Source: Rebecca billardiae RCC1528 (Eukaryota > Protista > Haptophyta). From it: DNA of 64,000 bases. Under the pieces are notes generated by a model, which was given only the letters and a program-made list of their open reading frames with translations, was not told the DNA's origin and searched no databases. Within the stretch, counting starts at the first letter, position 1, and each line of letters opens with the position of its first letter. The translations under genes were made by a program, and so were the position numbers. The stretch spans positions 1,178,001 through 1,242,000 of the forward strand of contig OZ251244.1 of assembly GCA_965240325.2 (NCBI GenBank). Reading direction: 5' to 3'. Shown here one piece after another: positions 43,414-53,632 of this stretch.

Positions 43414-44155
43414 CAGGCAATCGCGGGCAATAATTAGGAGCTGTCACGTTAAGAAACTGGGGCTTACTTGCTATCTGCGGATCTGGCCTAGAAACTGAGG
43501 CTAGCGATTGGCTGGTTCGCTATACGCATAGTCACACTAAGAAACCGAGACTACGTCGCGGCTCGGGTCCGAGGCGCGTGGGACGCGTGGCGCGCCGCGG
43601 CGCCGCCCGCGCGTGACCGTACTGTCATACTAGCAGTCAACTTGGTCGTCTGCTTGCTAACTACGACCTGAGTAAGTCACTCATCAGTGCCAGTGGCGGA
43701 GTCATGCTGCATGACCGTGTTAGATGACTACTGTACTGCTGATGAGCTCCGCGTCGGGATGCCAATAAGCAGGCTGCGCTGATGAGCGCGCTATACTACT
43801 GTCTACTCGTCTACATCCGCTACACATGCCTGAGTACTACTGACATGCTGCTCTTCCGGACTGCTGCGCTTGGTCAATTCTCCTCGAGTCCTGCTGGGGA
43901 CTGATCCATTGCCACCGCACACGCCCGGCATGCAACATCATGCCAGATTTGCTCCAAAAAGGCCCAAAACATTTCTTCGGCCTCGCCGGCCGGGCCTAAA
44001 GACTCAGCGGGGGGCTCTGCCCCCCTGCGCCCCCCGCGCCTGCGCGGCGGGCGGACCTAAGAAACTGAGGCTCCGTAGGCGCTCGGGCTACCGAACAGCT
44101 AAGAAGCCGAGGCTAGCCGGCAGATCTCTGACTTCTTATTGCCCGCGATTGCCTG
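43414..44155. mobile_element. Tc1/mariner-type MITE (742 bp)
   Basis: Perfect 20-bp TIR CAGGCAATCGCGGGCAATAA; TA TSD on both sides; five internal TAAGAAACTGAGGCT-like repeats near the ends. Confidence 0.92.
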
Positions 44156-44288
44156 TAGACTGATCAGCGACTACCGATACTCACAGCGCAGCTTCGACTT
44201 CAGCGCTAAATAAATATGTATATATATAGCTAACTCTACTGGCCGCGGGAATTATGCTGAGTACGGAATCTCGTATATATACTCTTAT

Positions 44289-44779
44289 ACATTGACTACA
44301 ACCTCATCTGCTTCATCGCCCAGAGCGCGCTAGGCGGCGCGCTCACTCTCCAAGCCCCTCTTAGTCTGCAGCTGCGCGCCGCTTGGCCGGCGCGCGGCGA
44401 CGCGTACTACGAGGCCCTCATCCTCATCCAGGCGCCCACGCGGGCGCACGGGGGCGATAGCCGCGGCTGCTGCTTGCCGGAGCTACTCGCTGCTAGGTCG
44501 GCGGGCGGCGACATCGACTACGACCTCACCCTCATCCAAGTGCTCCGGAAGGCGCTCGGCCGCGGCGGCATCTGCCGTCGCCGCCGCGTGCCCCAGGCCG
44601 AGGCGGTGCTCCACCCCGGCCCCGCTCCCGTAGGGGGGCAGGGCTGCGGGTGGCGCACTGTCTGACCTGGACGGAAGGCGCGGACGCATTCTATGTGTCT
44701 GCTGCACTCTGAGCCTGACGCTTGTTCGTTGCTGCCACGTCGTTAAATATATATATATATAATAATAATAATAATAAAT
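44289..44779 (+). mobile_element. 5'-truncated second copy of the 7450-8254 repeat with (TA)n(TAA)n tail
   Basis: Direct alignment to 7787-8254. Confidence 0.75.
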
Positions 44780-45139
44780 AGTCTTATGGCCCGCGGTGTA
44801 GGGCGGAGCGCGTAGCGTGGAGCCCCGCCGGGGGCCCTCACTACGTTGTCAAAAAGATCTTTTGATCAAAGAAAAGGGGACGGGGGACGATTTTGAGGGG
44901 TGTTGGAGGGTGAGTTTTCGCTTTTTCGAGGGGTACGTTGGCCCATAGTGCTCTGCATTAGCAACTACGCGCTTGACGAAATAAGCGCGCCCACGCCATT
45001 CCGCATAAGTCGATGGACGGACGTGGGATCAGATACCCCGGGGGTGAAACAAGTGAGTATTTTTGTCATTCTTGTATGCTGGAGTACGAGTTTGCCGAGC
45101 GACGTTTGATTGTTTTGGGTCGAAAACAGCTATGCGGCC

Positions 45140-45355
45140 AGATGCTTCTGAATAGCGCTTTGTTTAAACACCTACCCGCCTGTCTCGATGGATGAACCGC
45201 CCTATAATATTAAAAGAGATTCTTTTGAATAGCGCTTGTTCAACCACATTACCCGCCTGCCTCGATGGATGAACCGCCTGTGCACTAACATTAAACGAGA
45301 TTCTTTGAATGGCGCCTATGGCGGCTTGTTAAAACGTAACAAGTTACCCGCCTAC
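45140..45355. repeat. Three diverged ~78-bp tandem repeats inside a lower-GC, transposon-like block (~44830-46410)
   Basis: AGAT(G/T)CTT(C/T)TGAAT(A/G)GCGC...TACCCGCCT recurring at ~45140, 45217 and 45298. Confidence 0.7.
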
Positions 45356-46747
45356 AAACCGGGCCTAAGCGCAACCGACCCGTTGCACGGGTGAGTAACC
45401 GTGAGCGTATGAAAAAACGACAAGCGTATGAAATCTCGCGGTTTTGTCGCTCGCGCTGCCGCATGGCTGACGTCCGCGCCGATCCGAGCGCAATGGTGCA
45501 TTGCGAAGCCGATTCGCAATGCACCAATCCAATCCGCATGTCAATCGACCCAACCGTCGCTGAGAACGAACGACAAAACCCAGGGCAGGTGTCCACCACG
45601 AAGCCACGCCGCGCGCGCGCTGGCAGCGTGAGCCGGCGCGGTTGCAAAGGGTTGCCCAAAGGCAGAGAGATCAGCCAATGCGGCTACCTTCGGCAAGCAC
45701 GCCACCTCAGCGTCAGCATCGGGTGGGGCCGTGAGGATACATGCCCTTGGATGCGGCTCCAGCCAAACGGCTCTCGACGCGGGGAGCCGCCATCGGCCGC
45801 GAGCGCGTACACGGATACACGTGCTGTCCTCGTGAACGAGGATTCAGGAGACGAGGCGCGGCCCGCGATGCGCAGGCAAGACCTAGGGAGTGGCTCACGC
45901 TTTGATCGCGGGTACGGGTACAGAAGGCGTGCGCACGCAACCACACCGCCTTCGTGAAGCGCGTGGGCAAGCTGCTGAAGCTCTCACGATGCGCGCTTAC
46001 TTCTCATCTCCGTGCGCTCGCCGACCGCTCACGCTGCCTTCCGCGCGGCGGACCTGGGAAACCTGCCACCTGGCGCGCACGACGCAGCGCGTAACGCGGA
46101 AGGTGGTAGATCTGCTGCCACGCTCCCGCTGCCGCCGCCGGCGGCGGCAGCGGCATGCCCACGATGCGGCGACGGTGCTGATGACTATCACTGCCAAAGT
46201 GTCGTTTTTTCGGCGCTCACGCGTGCAACGGGTCAACCTTTTGAAAGTGCATGTTGATGTGCATGGTCAGGGTCCTCCTCAACTACTGCATGTCGGCGTA
46301 CTGCGTGCGCGCGCGGCGCGCTGTTATTTACCGATGCATCACTTGGTGCTGGAAACATAGGCCATACACGGGCACTTGGAAGTGATCAAGTTTTGCTACC
46401 TATTCGCAATAAGTTGGATACTGGGAGCCGCCAGGCGCGCGCGGAGCGCCCTACGCTCACTTATTCGACCGAGCACGGACGGCCCTCGACTCTCGAGCTG
46501 CTCGCTCGCTCGTTCGCGTTCGCTTCGTCGCTGCGGCGCCCTGACCGGGGACGTGCGTGTCGGCGCCGCGTACGCCGCGGTGCGCGCGCGGTGGCGGGAG
46601 CCGGCCGGCCGCTGGTCTCCCCCTCGCGCTCTGCTCTCGCCCTCGCGCTCCGCTCCGGCTCTCCCCGAGGCGTCGCGCGCGTCTCGCTCGGTCCGGTCCG
46701 TCGCCAGGCCGTGCCGACGGCGCGCCCACAGCGCCCCGCTGCAAAGC

Positions 46748-47830
46748 ATGCGCGACGAGATCGCGGCGGCGGGGGCGGCGAGATCGCGGCGGAGGCGGCG
46801 GGCAACAGCCTGCCCGCGGGCGTGTTCGTCGCTCGAGGAGGAGCGCGCAAGGGCGAGCCGAGTCCGGAGCACGCTCACGAGCTTGTCGCTCGGACGCTTC
46901 GAGGATGAGTGAGCGCGCCGAGCACGCAGCGGAGATGAGCCGGATGCGCCCGGAGTTCGCGCAGCTGAAGGGCGAGCTCGAGCACGCGAGCTCGCTCCTC
47001 GACGCCGAGCGCGAGCTCCTCCTCAACTCGGTCGACGGCGGCGCTGAGGTGCAGCAGCGTGAGGACGAGCAGCCAGCCAGTCCCGAACGCTCGCAAGACA
47101 CTGCTGCACGCAAGCGGCGGCCACGTAGCGCGAGGAGCTGCGCTGGGAATGCGCCGCGCGCGTCGACGCGGCGATCACCGGGCTGCAGGCCTCGGCCGTC
47201 GACGCGTTGCGCACCCTCGCCGCCAGCCGCGACGAGTCCGCCGTCGAGCTGCAGCCGAGCTGCAGCCGAGCTGCGCGCGCAGATGGGCGGCGTCACAGGC
47301 ACACAGACACTGACAGACAGGCCGTGCATGCCAGCACGTGCGCGCGGAGGCGCTGTGCGCCGAGCTGGCGAAGCGCGACGCCGAGCGCGACGCGCTGCGC
47401 GACGTGGCGACGGACGCGCTGGGCGCGCGCGGCGCCCTCGTCGCGACGCCCCGTGCAGCAGCTCGAGCAGCCAGCTGTGCGGAGTAGACGGCCGTCGAGG
47501 CGATCGGCGCCGGTTCAGGAGCGCGCACAGGCTCCGAGCCTGCCGTTGGCTGGCCGCCGCCGTCTTCGAGGCCGCCGACGCGGCGGAGGAGGCGGCGGGC
47601 GAGCACGGCGGCGCGGTGGAGCAGGCGCGCACGCGCGGCGGCAGGCGCGACGCGCCGCTCGCCTCGTTCCACCCCGAGCTCCGCTCGCTCGGTCTCGGTG
47701 CGCGGCTGCGCAGCGGCAGGCCGGGGCAGCCGAGTGGCGCGCGCTCTCGCTCTGCCGGCACGAGGCGCGCCGGCTGAGCGACCAGCGGCCCGTCGTCGAG
47801 CGCATGGCGCAGCGCGAGCACCTCAAGCAG
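46748..47830 (+). pseudogene. Decayed coiled-coil gene fragment ending at a splice donor
   Basis: Heptad-rich E/A/R/L segments in shifting frames broken by small insertions; ends AAGCAG|GTGCGC followed by ~110 bp of typical CG-rich intron, then breaks off. Confidence 0.5.
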
Positions 47831-48999
47831 GTGCGCCCGCACGCGCGCACGCGCCGGCCCGCGCCGCGCGGCGCCTCTCGCCCTGCGCGCGCGCGCCGCC
47901 CCAGCGGCCGCTTCCCCGCGCGCGGCCCGCGCGGCGACAGTCCTCAGGCGAACTGTTACACATGTCAGACTGACAGTGACAGCCGACGGCCGACGGAGGG
48001 TGCACCGCGGGCCTCTAACTGCGTTGGTTCTACGGAAGGACCGCGGAACGCGGTCATTATAGCAGACATGTTATCACAGTTAGCAGTCACCACGGTCGGA
48101 TCACGTTACCGCGTTCGAATTTATTCAATCGACGAACAATAACGCGGCCTCACTTCCCGTCTTCCGCCGGGAGAGCGGGCCCGCGGGGTAGCTGCCACCG
48201 ACTAGCGTGGGGCCGTGCGCTGCCGCAATCTGTCTGCGCCCAGGCGGCAGTGATTCACGGATTGCCGCAGTACTATACAGTAACTACTAAGTGTCCGACG
48301 CCAGTGGCCGGCCGGCGAGTGCGCCACACCACGTTCTCGATGCCTCGGACCATTCGGACGCGCGTTGACTCTGAGCCGCGGGCACAGACCCAGTCTCGCG
48401 GCGCCGGCGCAGTGAGTGCGACCACGCGCCAAGCGCCCAGCTGCAGCGCGCAACGGCCTCAACGAATCAGCCATCTGGTCCGAGCAGCTCGGTCGACCAA
48501 GGCTCGTGATTCCGATCCGCGCCGGCACCCCCGTGTTGCCACGGTCAAGCGATTATTGGCAGGGGCGTGATTGCATCGTCTCGCGCGCACGTCGAGCTCA
48601 GGCGTCTGCTCAGTGCGCACGCGCTGTGTCAGCGCAGCTCGAGCACTGTGCCTCGTCGTCGTGGTCGGGCCGATGGTTCGTTCGGTGCTGTTTGTGTGAA
48701 ACGCTCGAGCGACGGAGCGAGGGGCCGTACTTGATTGACGGATGCGAAGCCTGAGCGGCAAGTAGGCGGTCGGGCACTGTCGTGCTGAGGGGCGTGGCCG
48801 CATCCGATCATCTTTCGCGCGCGTGTCGGCGATTGCAGGCGACGTGGTCGTACGTGCAACGTGACACAGCGGCGAGCTGCGGCGGACTGAGTGCCCGGTA
48901 CGGTTCCCCGTATAGGCCCGCCGGAGCATACTAGATAGACCGTACGACTCATCCGGTAGTAGACGACTGGCGGTCACTGCCTATACTACGCGCTGCATT

Positions 49000-51900
49000 T
49001 CACGTAGTCGGCTGCTGGGCGACTGAGTGGGCGAGCGGCGGGCGCGCACGCCAGAGGAATGACGGTCGGCGCGCGTGCGCACTGCCGTCCTCGCTGCTCC
49101 CCGCCCCGCGCCCGGCCGCGCCAGCCGTCTCGGCGGGCGCGGCGGCACCCGCCGCCGCAGAATCGCGGCGCTCTGTGCTGCTGCACGACAGTGCCCGCGC
49201 GCGGGCGGCGCGACCGGCACCGTCCGCGCGCGCGGGAGCGGGCACATCGAGAACTGCTATGCTCGCAAACGCTGCCTCGCTCCCGCCCGCCTGCGGCCGG
49301 CGCGCCACCCGCGGCGCGCGCGCAAGCCGCAGCGCGGCGAGCGCAGCTGGCGCGAGCGCGTCAAGCCCAAGTGTGGCGCGCGCGCCGCCGCTCGCTGCCT
49401 CCGCGTCGTCGGCGGCACTCGGTGCGGCGGCGGGTGCCGACGCGAGCGAGCCGCTGCTGTCCTTGATGCGTGCCGGCTTGGCGGGCGCGCGCGCGTGCTC
49501 GCTCGCCGCGCCCACAGCCCCGCCGCGCCGCCGCCGTCCGAGCGGCAGGACCGCGGCGGCCGCGGCGGCGGCGGCCGCGCCCCGTCGCTTCCCGACGCGC
49601 GCGGACCGCGGCGGGCTGTGCGCGCGCGCGCGCACCGCGGCCGTGCGCAGCACAAAGGCCGCCACCACGAGCGCGAGCTGCACGAGGCAAGCGCCCATGA
49701 GCAGCCCACCGAGCGCCACGCCGTGCGCGCGGGCAAACTCGAGGTGCGTGCTGACGAAACGGCCGTAACCGTCGAGCCCGGCGTCGCAGAAGTCCTCCCG
49801 GCACTCGCGCAGCGAGAAGCCGTCGACTCGCTCGTCCAGCAGCGCGCACACGCCGGGCTGCGCGGCGATCGTGCCGTCGTGCCCCGAGATGTACTCGCAG
49901 AAGGCGTCTGCCGACGGGTCGAGCGCGGCGACTCCGATCGCGCCCGCCGCGCCCGCGCCGGCGTGCACGGGCATGCACGGCAGCGCGCGCCGCGCGCCGC
50001 CGTCCGCAGCCGCCGAGCCGTTGCGCAGCGCGGCGGTGGCGTTGGAGCGGGGCGAGCAGCACAGCTGGTACGTCTGGCACACGAAGCTCTCCACGCGGCG
50101 CAGTGACGCGGAGCCTGGCACGCCGAACCAGCGGCCGCGCGTCACGGTGCCGTTGCCGCCGCCGCCGCCGTCGGTCGGCGCGCCTTCCTTGGACGCGAGC
50201 GTCGTGAGCGCGGCGTTTTCGATCGTGTCCAGCGAGTGGACCCAGTGCAGCACGACGCAGGCGAGGGCGAGCTGGCCGAGCAGCGCGAGCAGGCTGAGCC
50301 CGCCGTACGCGCCCAGCCCGCACGGCTGCAGCCGCGCCGCCGCGCGCAGCGCACCCACGTTAAGGCCCGCGCACCCGGCGCCGCTGAGCGCGAGCGCGAG
50401 CAGCGCGTTTTTCGACAGGAACTCCTCGGCGGTGGAATAGAAGGCGAGGCCGTACACGCCGAAGCCGGCGAGCGTGCCGCCCACCGCGACGCCGAGCAGC
50501 GCGAACGCGCGCACGACCAGCGCCGCGCGCGCGTCCCGCGGCGTGCGCGGGCACAGCGAGTCGGCCAGCCTCGCCCCGAGCGCGCGCGCGCGGTCAAGGG
50601 CACACAGCAGGCCGACGGCCGGAGGCACCATCAGGAGCAGCAGCACGAGCCACGAGCGCCAGCCCGCGTCGACGCGCTCGGGCAGCGCGGGCACGCCCGC
50701 CGCGCGCACCGAGCCCTCCGGCTTGCGCCCGCACTCGAGCACCTCCGCGTCCACGCCCGCCGCGAGCCCTACCACTGATGAAACGGCGCCATCGATGAGG
50801 CACTCCGCGTCACAATGGCCGCCGCCGGTGCTCCCGGGAGCGCCGCCGACTCCGGAGGGCGGTGCGGCGCCGTCGTCGTGGCTCGCGGCGGGCGGCTCGG
50901 CGCACGCCGTGGGAGCGCACATCGTCGTGTCCGCGACCACCGAGTCCAGTGTCGGCCACGCGCGCGCGCACAGCTCGGCCGCCGACGCGTTCTGCGCGAG
51001 CTGCACCGCCGCGCGGTGCGCGCGCGCCTCGCACCGGCGCGAGACGAAGTCGCAGCCCTGGTTGAGGCCCCACGAGATGCACTCGGCGGCGGAGTAGTTG
51101 GCGAGGTAGTGCCCCAGGTCCTCCAGCGCCGCGAGCGTCAGCGCCGACACCGCGAACGGCGCCTCGCCGTAAGACATCACGTCCTCGCGCAGCAGGCGTG
51201 TCTCGGCGTGCGACGCGCGCCCAAAGTCCGGGTACGACATCAGCGGGAACCCGGACCAGCCGCCCGGACCGGCGGGGTCGTCGCAGCCGAAGTAGGCGGC
51301 GGCGACGTCGAAGGTGCGCGTGCCCGGGAGGAAGTGCCACACCGACTCGAGCCCGTCGTCCTCCGCCCCGGACGACGACGACGACGGCGGCGCGGCGGAC
51401 GCGCCCGCGCCGCCGCGCGCGCGCGGCACGCGCAAGTCGGCAACGACGCGCCGCCGCGTGCCGTCCGGAGCGAACACGTTCGTCCAGTGCTCGATGGCGT
51501 AGCCGAGGCCGTGGAAGAGCTCGTGCAGCACGAGCGCGCGCGTCTGCCGCACCTCCGCCTCGCTCGCCGCGCCCCACGCCGCCGGCTCCCGCCCGAGCGC
51601 GTGCCAGTCGAAAACGACCACCACCGGGCGCGTGCGCTCGTCGAGCGCACATGAGGACCCAGTGCCGGCGACGCCGTCGACGGGTGGCGGGTGGCGGACG
51701 TACAGAAGCACGTCGACGTCGCCCGCGCCGGCGGGGTCGTCGCACAGCTGGTCGCGCACGCGCAGCGCGTGCAGCTTCGAGCAGTCCGCCGCGCACCGCG
51801 CGTCGCCCTCGCCCACCGCGGTGTAGAAGCCGATATAGGTCCCCACGGAGCGGCGCAGGCTGAGCGGACGACTCCCATCGCGCGCGCGCACGCGCAGGAA

Positions 51901-52617
51901 CGCGCGCGCGTCCGCGAGCGCGTGCAGCGTGGCGTTGATGGCGTACGCGCGCATCGGCTCGGTGAGCACGTCGGACGGCTCGCACTCCAGCCAGCAGTCC
52001 GACGAGAGCCCGCCGTCCGCGATGTGCGCGCGGTCGCACCGCTCCGAGCCGTCGGCTGGCGGCGCGTCGCGCGCGCGTGGCCAACCGACACGCACCCAGT
52101 CGCCCGCGCGGAAGCACACGGAGTGCGGCGCGGCGGTGTCTTCGTACAGCGCGTCGAACATCGGCTTGATCCGGATCGGTCGGGTGTTCGCCTCCGTCAG
52201 CACCTCGTCGCCCTCGTCCGCGCCGCCGCCCGCGTCGTCGTCGCCGGCGGCCGCGAGCCGGCGGCCGCGCCGCTGCAGCCACCACCACGCGGCCCGGAGG
52301 CGACCGGCCGGGCGCGCGGGCTCCTGAGGGTGCGCGTGGGGCAGCACGCCGTACGCCAGGCGCACGGCATGCCCGAGTGCCACCGCGGACACGTCGCGCT
52401 CCGTCCGCCCCGCGCGCGCGCCGAGCCGGCGGCGGCGCGCGGCCGCATCCCGTCTCGCCTCGCGCAGCTGCCGCCACACGCGCGCGCCGACCTCAGCCGA
52501 GTGCACGTCGAGCGGCGTGGGGAGCGTGGCGGTTGGCGTGCTCGGCGCATGCAACGCGGACGCTTCGAGCGCGAGCGCGAGCGCGAGGGCGACGGCGCCG
52601 CAACGGCCCGCGCGCAT
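49000..52617 (-). CDS. Leishmanolysin (M8/GP63) metalloprotease fused to a TM anchor and a tetraspanin-like 4TM domain (~1205 aa)
   Basis: Signal peptide; HELFHGLG (51525-51502), SHAETR...EDVMS Met-turn, ALTLAALEDLGHY.ANY...WG.NQGCDF; five C-terminal hydrophobic helices with YQLCCS loop. Confidence 0.88.
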   Translation of the reverse strand: MRAGRCGAVALALALALEASALHAPSTPTATLPTPLDVHSAEVGARVWRQLREARRDAAARRRRLGARAGRTERDVSAVALGHAVRLAYGVLPHAHPQEPARPAGRLRAAWWWLQRRGRRLAAAGDDDAGGGADEGDEVLTEANTRPIRIKPMFDALYEDTAAPHSVCFRAGDWVRVGWPRARDAPPADGSERCDRAHIADGGLSSDCWLECEPSDVLTEPMRAYAINATLHALADARAFLRVRARDGSRPLSLRRSVGTYIGFYTAVGEGDARCAADCSKLHALRVRDQLCDDPAGAGDVDVLLYVRHPPPVDGVAGTGSSCALDERTRPVVVVFDWHALGREPAAWGAASEAEVRQTRALVLHELFHGLGYAIEHWTNVFAPDGTRRRVVADLRVPRARGGAGASAAPPSSSSSGAEDDGLESVWHFLPGTRTFDVAAAYFGCDDPAGPGGWSGFPLMSYPDFGRASHAETRLLREDVMSYGEAPFAVSALTLAALEDLGHYLANYSAAECISWGLNQGCDFVSRRCEARAHRAAVQLAQNASAAELCARAWPTLDSVVADTTMCAPTACAEPPAASHDDGAAPPSGVGGAPGSTGGGHCDAECLIDGAVSSVVGLAAGVDAEVLECGRKPEGSVRAAGVPALPERVDAGWRSWLVLLLLMVPPAVGLLCALDRARALGARLADSLCPRTPRDARAALVVRAFALLGVAVGGTLAGFGVYGLAFYSTAEEFLSKNALLALALSGAGCAGLNVGALRAAARLQPCGLGAYGGLSLLALLGQLALACVVLHWVHSLDTIENAALTTLASKEGAPTDGGGGGNGTVTRGRWFGVPGSASLRRVESFVCQTYQLCCSPRSNATAALRNGSAAADGGARRALPCMPVHAGAGAAGAIGVAALDPSADAFCEYISGHDGTIAAQPGVCALLDERVDGFSLRECREDFCDAGLDGYGRFVSTHLEFARAHGVALGGLLMGACLVQLALVVAAFVLRTAAVRARAHSPPRSARVGKRRGAAAAAAAAAVLPLGRRRRGGAVGAASEHARAPAKPARIKDSSGSLASAPAAAPSAADDAEAASGGARATLGLDALAPAALAALRLARAPRVARRPQAGGSEAAFASIAVLDVPAPARADGAGRAARARALSCSSTERRDSAAAGAAAPAETAGAAGRGAGSSEDGSAHARRPSFLWRARPPLAHSVAQQPTT

Positions 52618-53632
52618 CCGCTCGACGGCCGGCCGGCGCGAAAAGTGAGGTCGCGCCGGGCGCGGACTGGTCCGCGCGCGCATCCTGGGCTCGCTCGCTT
52701 TCGGTGGCGGCAAATCTGGGATCGCGAGATCTTGCACTGCTGTTGAGTGTATCCGTTAGGTTACGGTAGGAGTACGTACGGGTACGGAGCGACGCAGAAT
52801 GGCTGCCGTTCAGCGGCGCCTCTTGCTTGGGTGTACTTTGTCCTCGGCAGAGGCCGCAAGGGCGATCAGACGGACCAGCGCCGGTGGGCATGTCGGCGGC
52901 TTGGCCTTTGTAATTGTCAGCAGATGTGACGGAGAAGGCCTGATGGTGTTTATTTCAGTTCAACCAGTGCTGGTGCGGCGCGATCGGTCGGATGCGCGCC
53001 GGTTTTGTCAGCTGGTCTCGGTACGAGTAGCAGGCTGTGTCGACGAGTGGTCTGCGCCGTGCGTGTGCGATGGTGATCTCTCCCACGTTGAGTTGCTCTA
53101 CCGCGCAGATGCCAGCTGCCCCTCGCGCGACCCTCGGATCGACTACCCGGGAGGCCACCAGGTGGACACTCGGTTCACGCGCGCTGCCGGGCACGCAAAC
53201 GGCCTGCACTCTCGGTCTCATGAGTCCGTGGGGCGTAGGCTCGCCGGGCGTCCGGCACTTGCGTAGTGGCTGACGCCGCGCCGCACGCATGCTCGCATGC
53301 GCATCGCCATGCGCGCTACGCATGCGGTGTCGCCACGTGCGCCTTCGGCAGTCATCGGCACGCTTCGTCACAGGTGGCAGTAGGTACTGACTAGTACCCA
53401 AGTAGTGCCCTGGATACAACAGCGGTTACAGGTATCATGACTAGGTACCCGGTGAGTTTGGTCAAGGACTTCTCTGGAGACTGAAATTGCGACGATCATA
53501 TGATGATACCAGCCTATTGATCAATGGCAGCATCGGCCCAATTCGAACCACAATCTCAAATCTCGCCGTTTATCGTGCGGCGGCCTGATTACGAATTCGT
53601 TGCGGATTCCCACCGCCGACGAGTCGACGACA

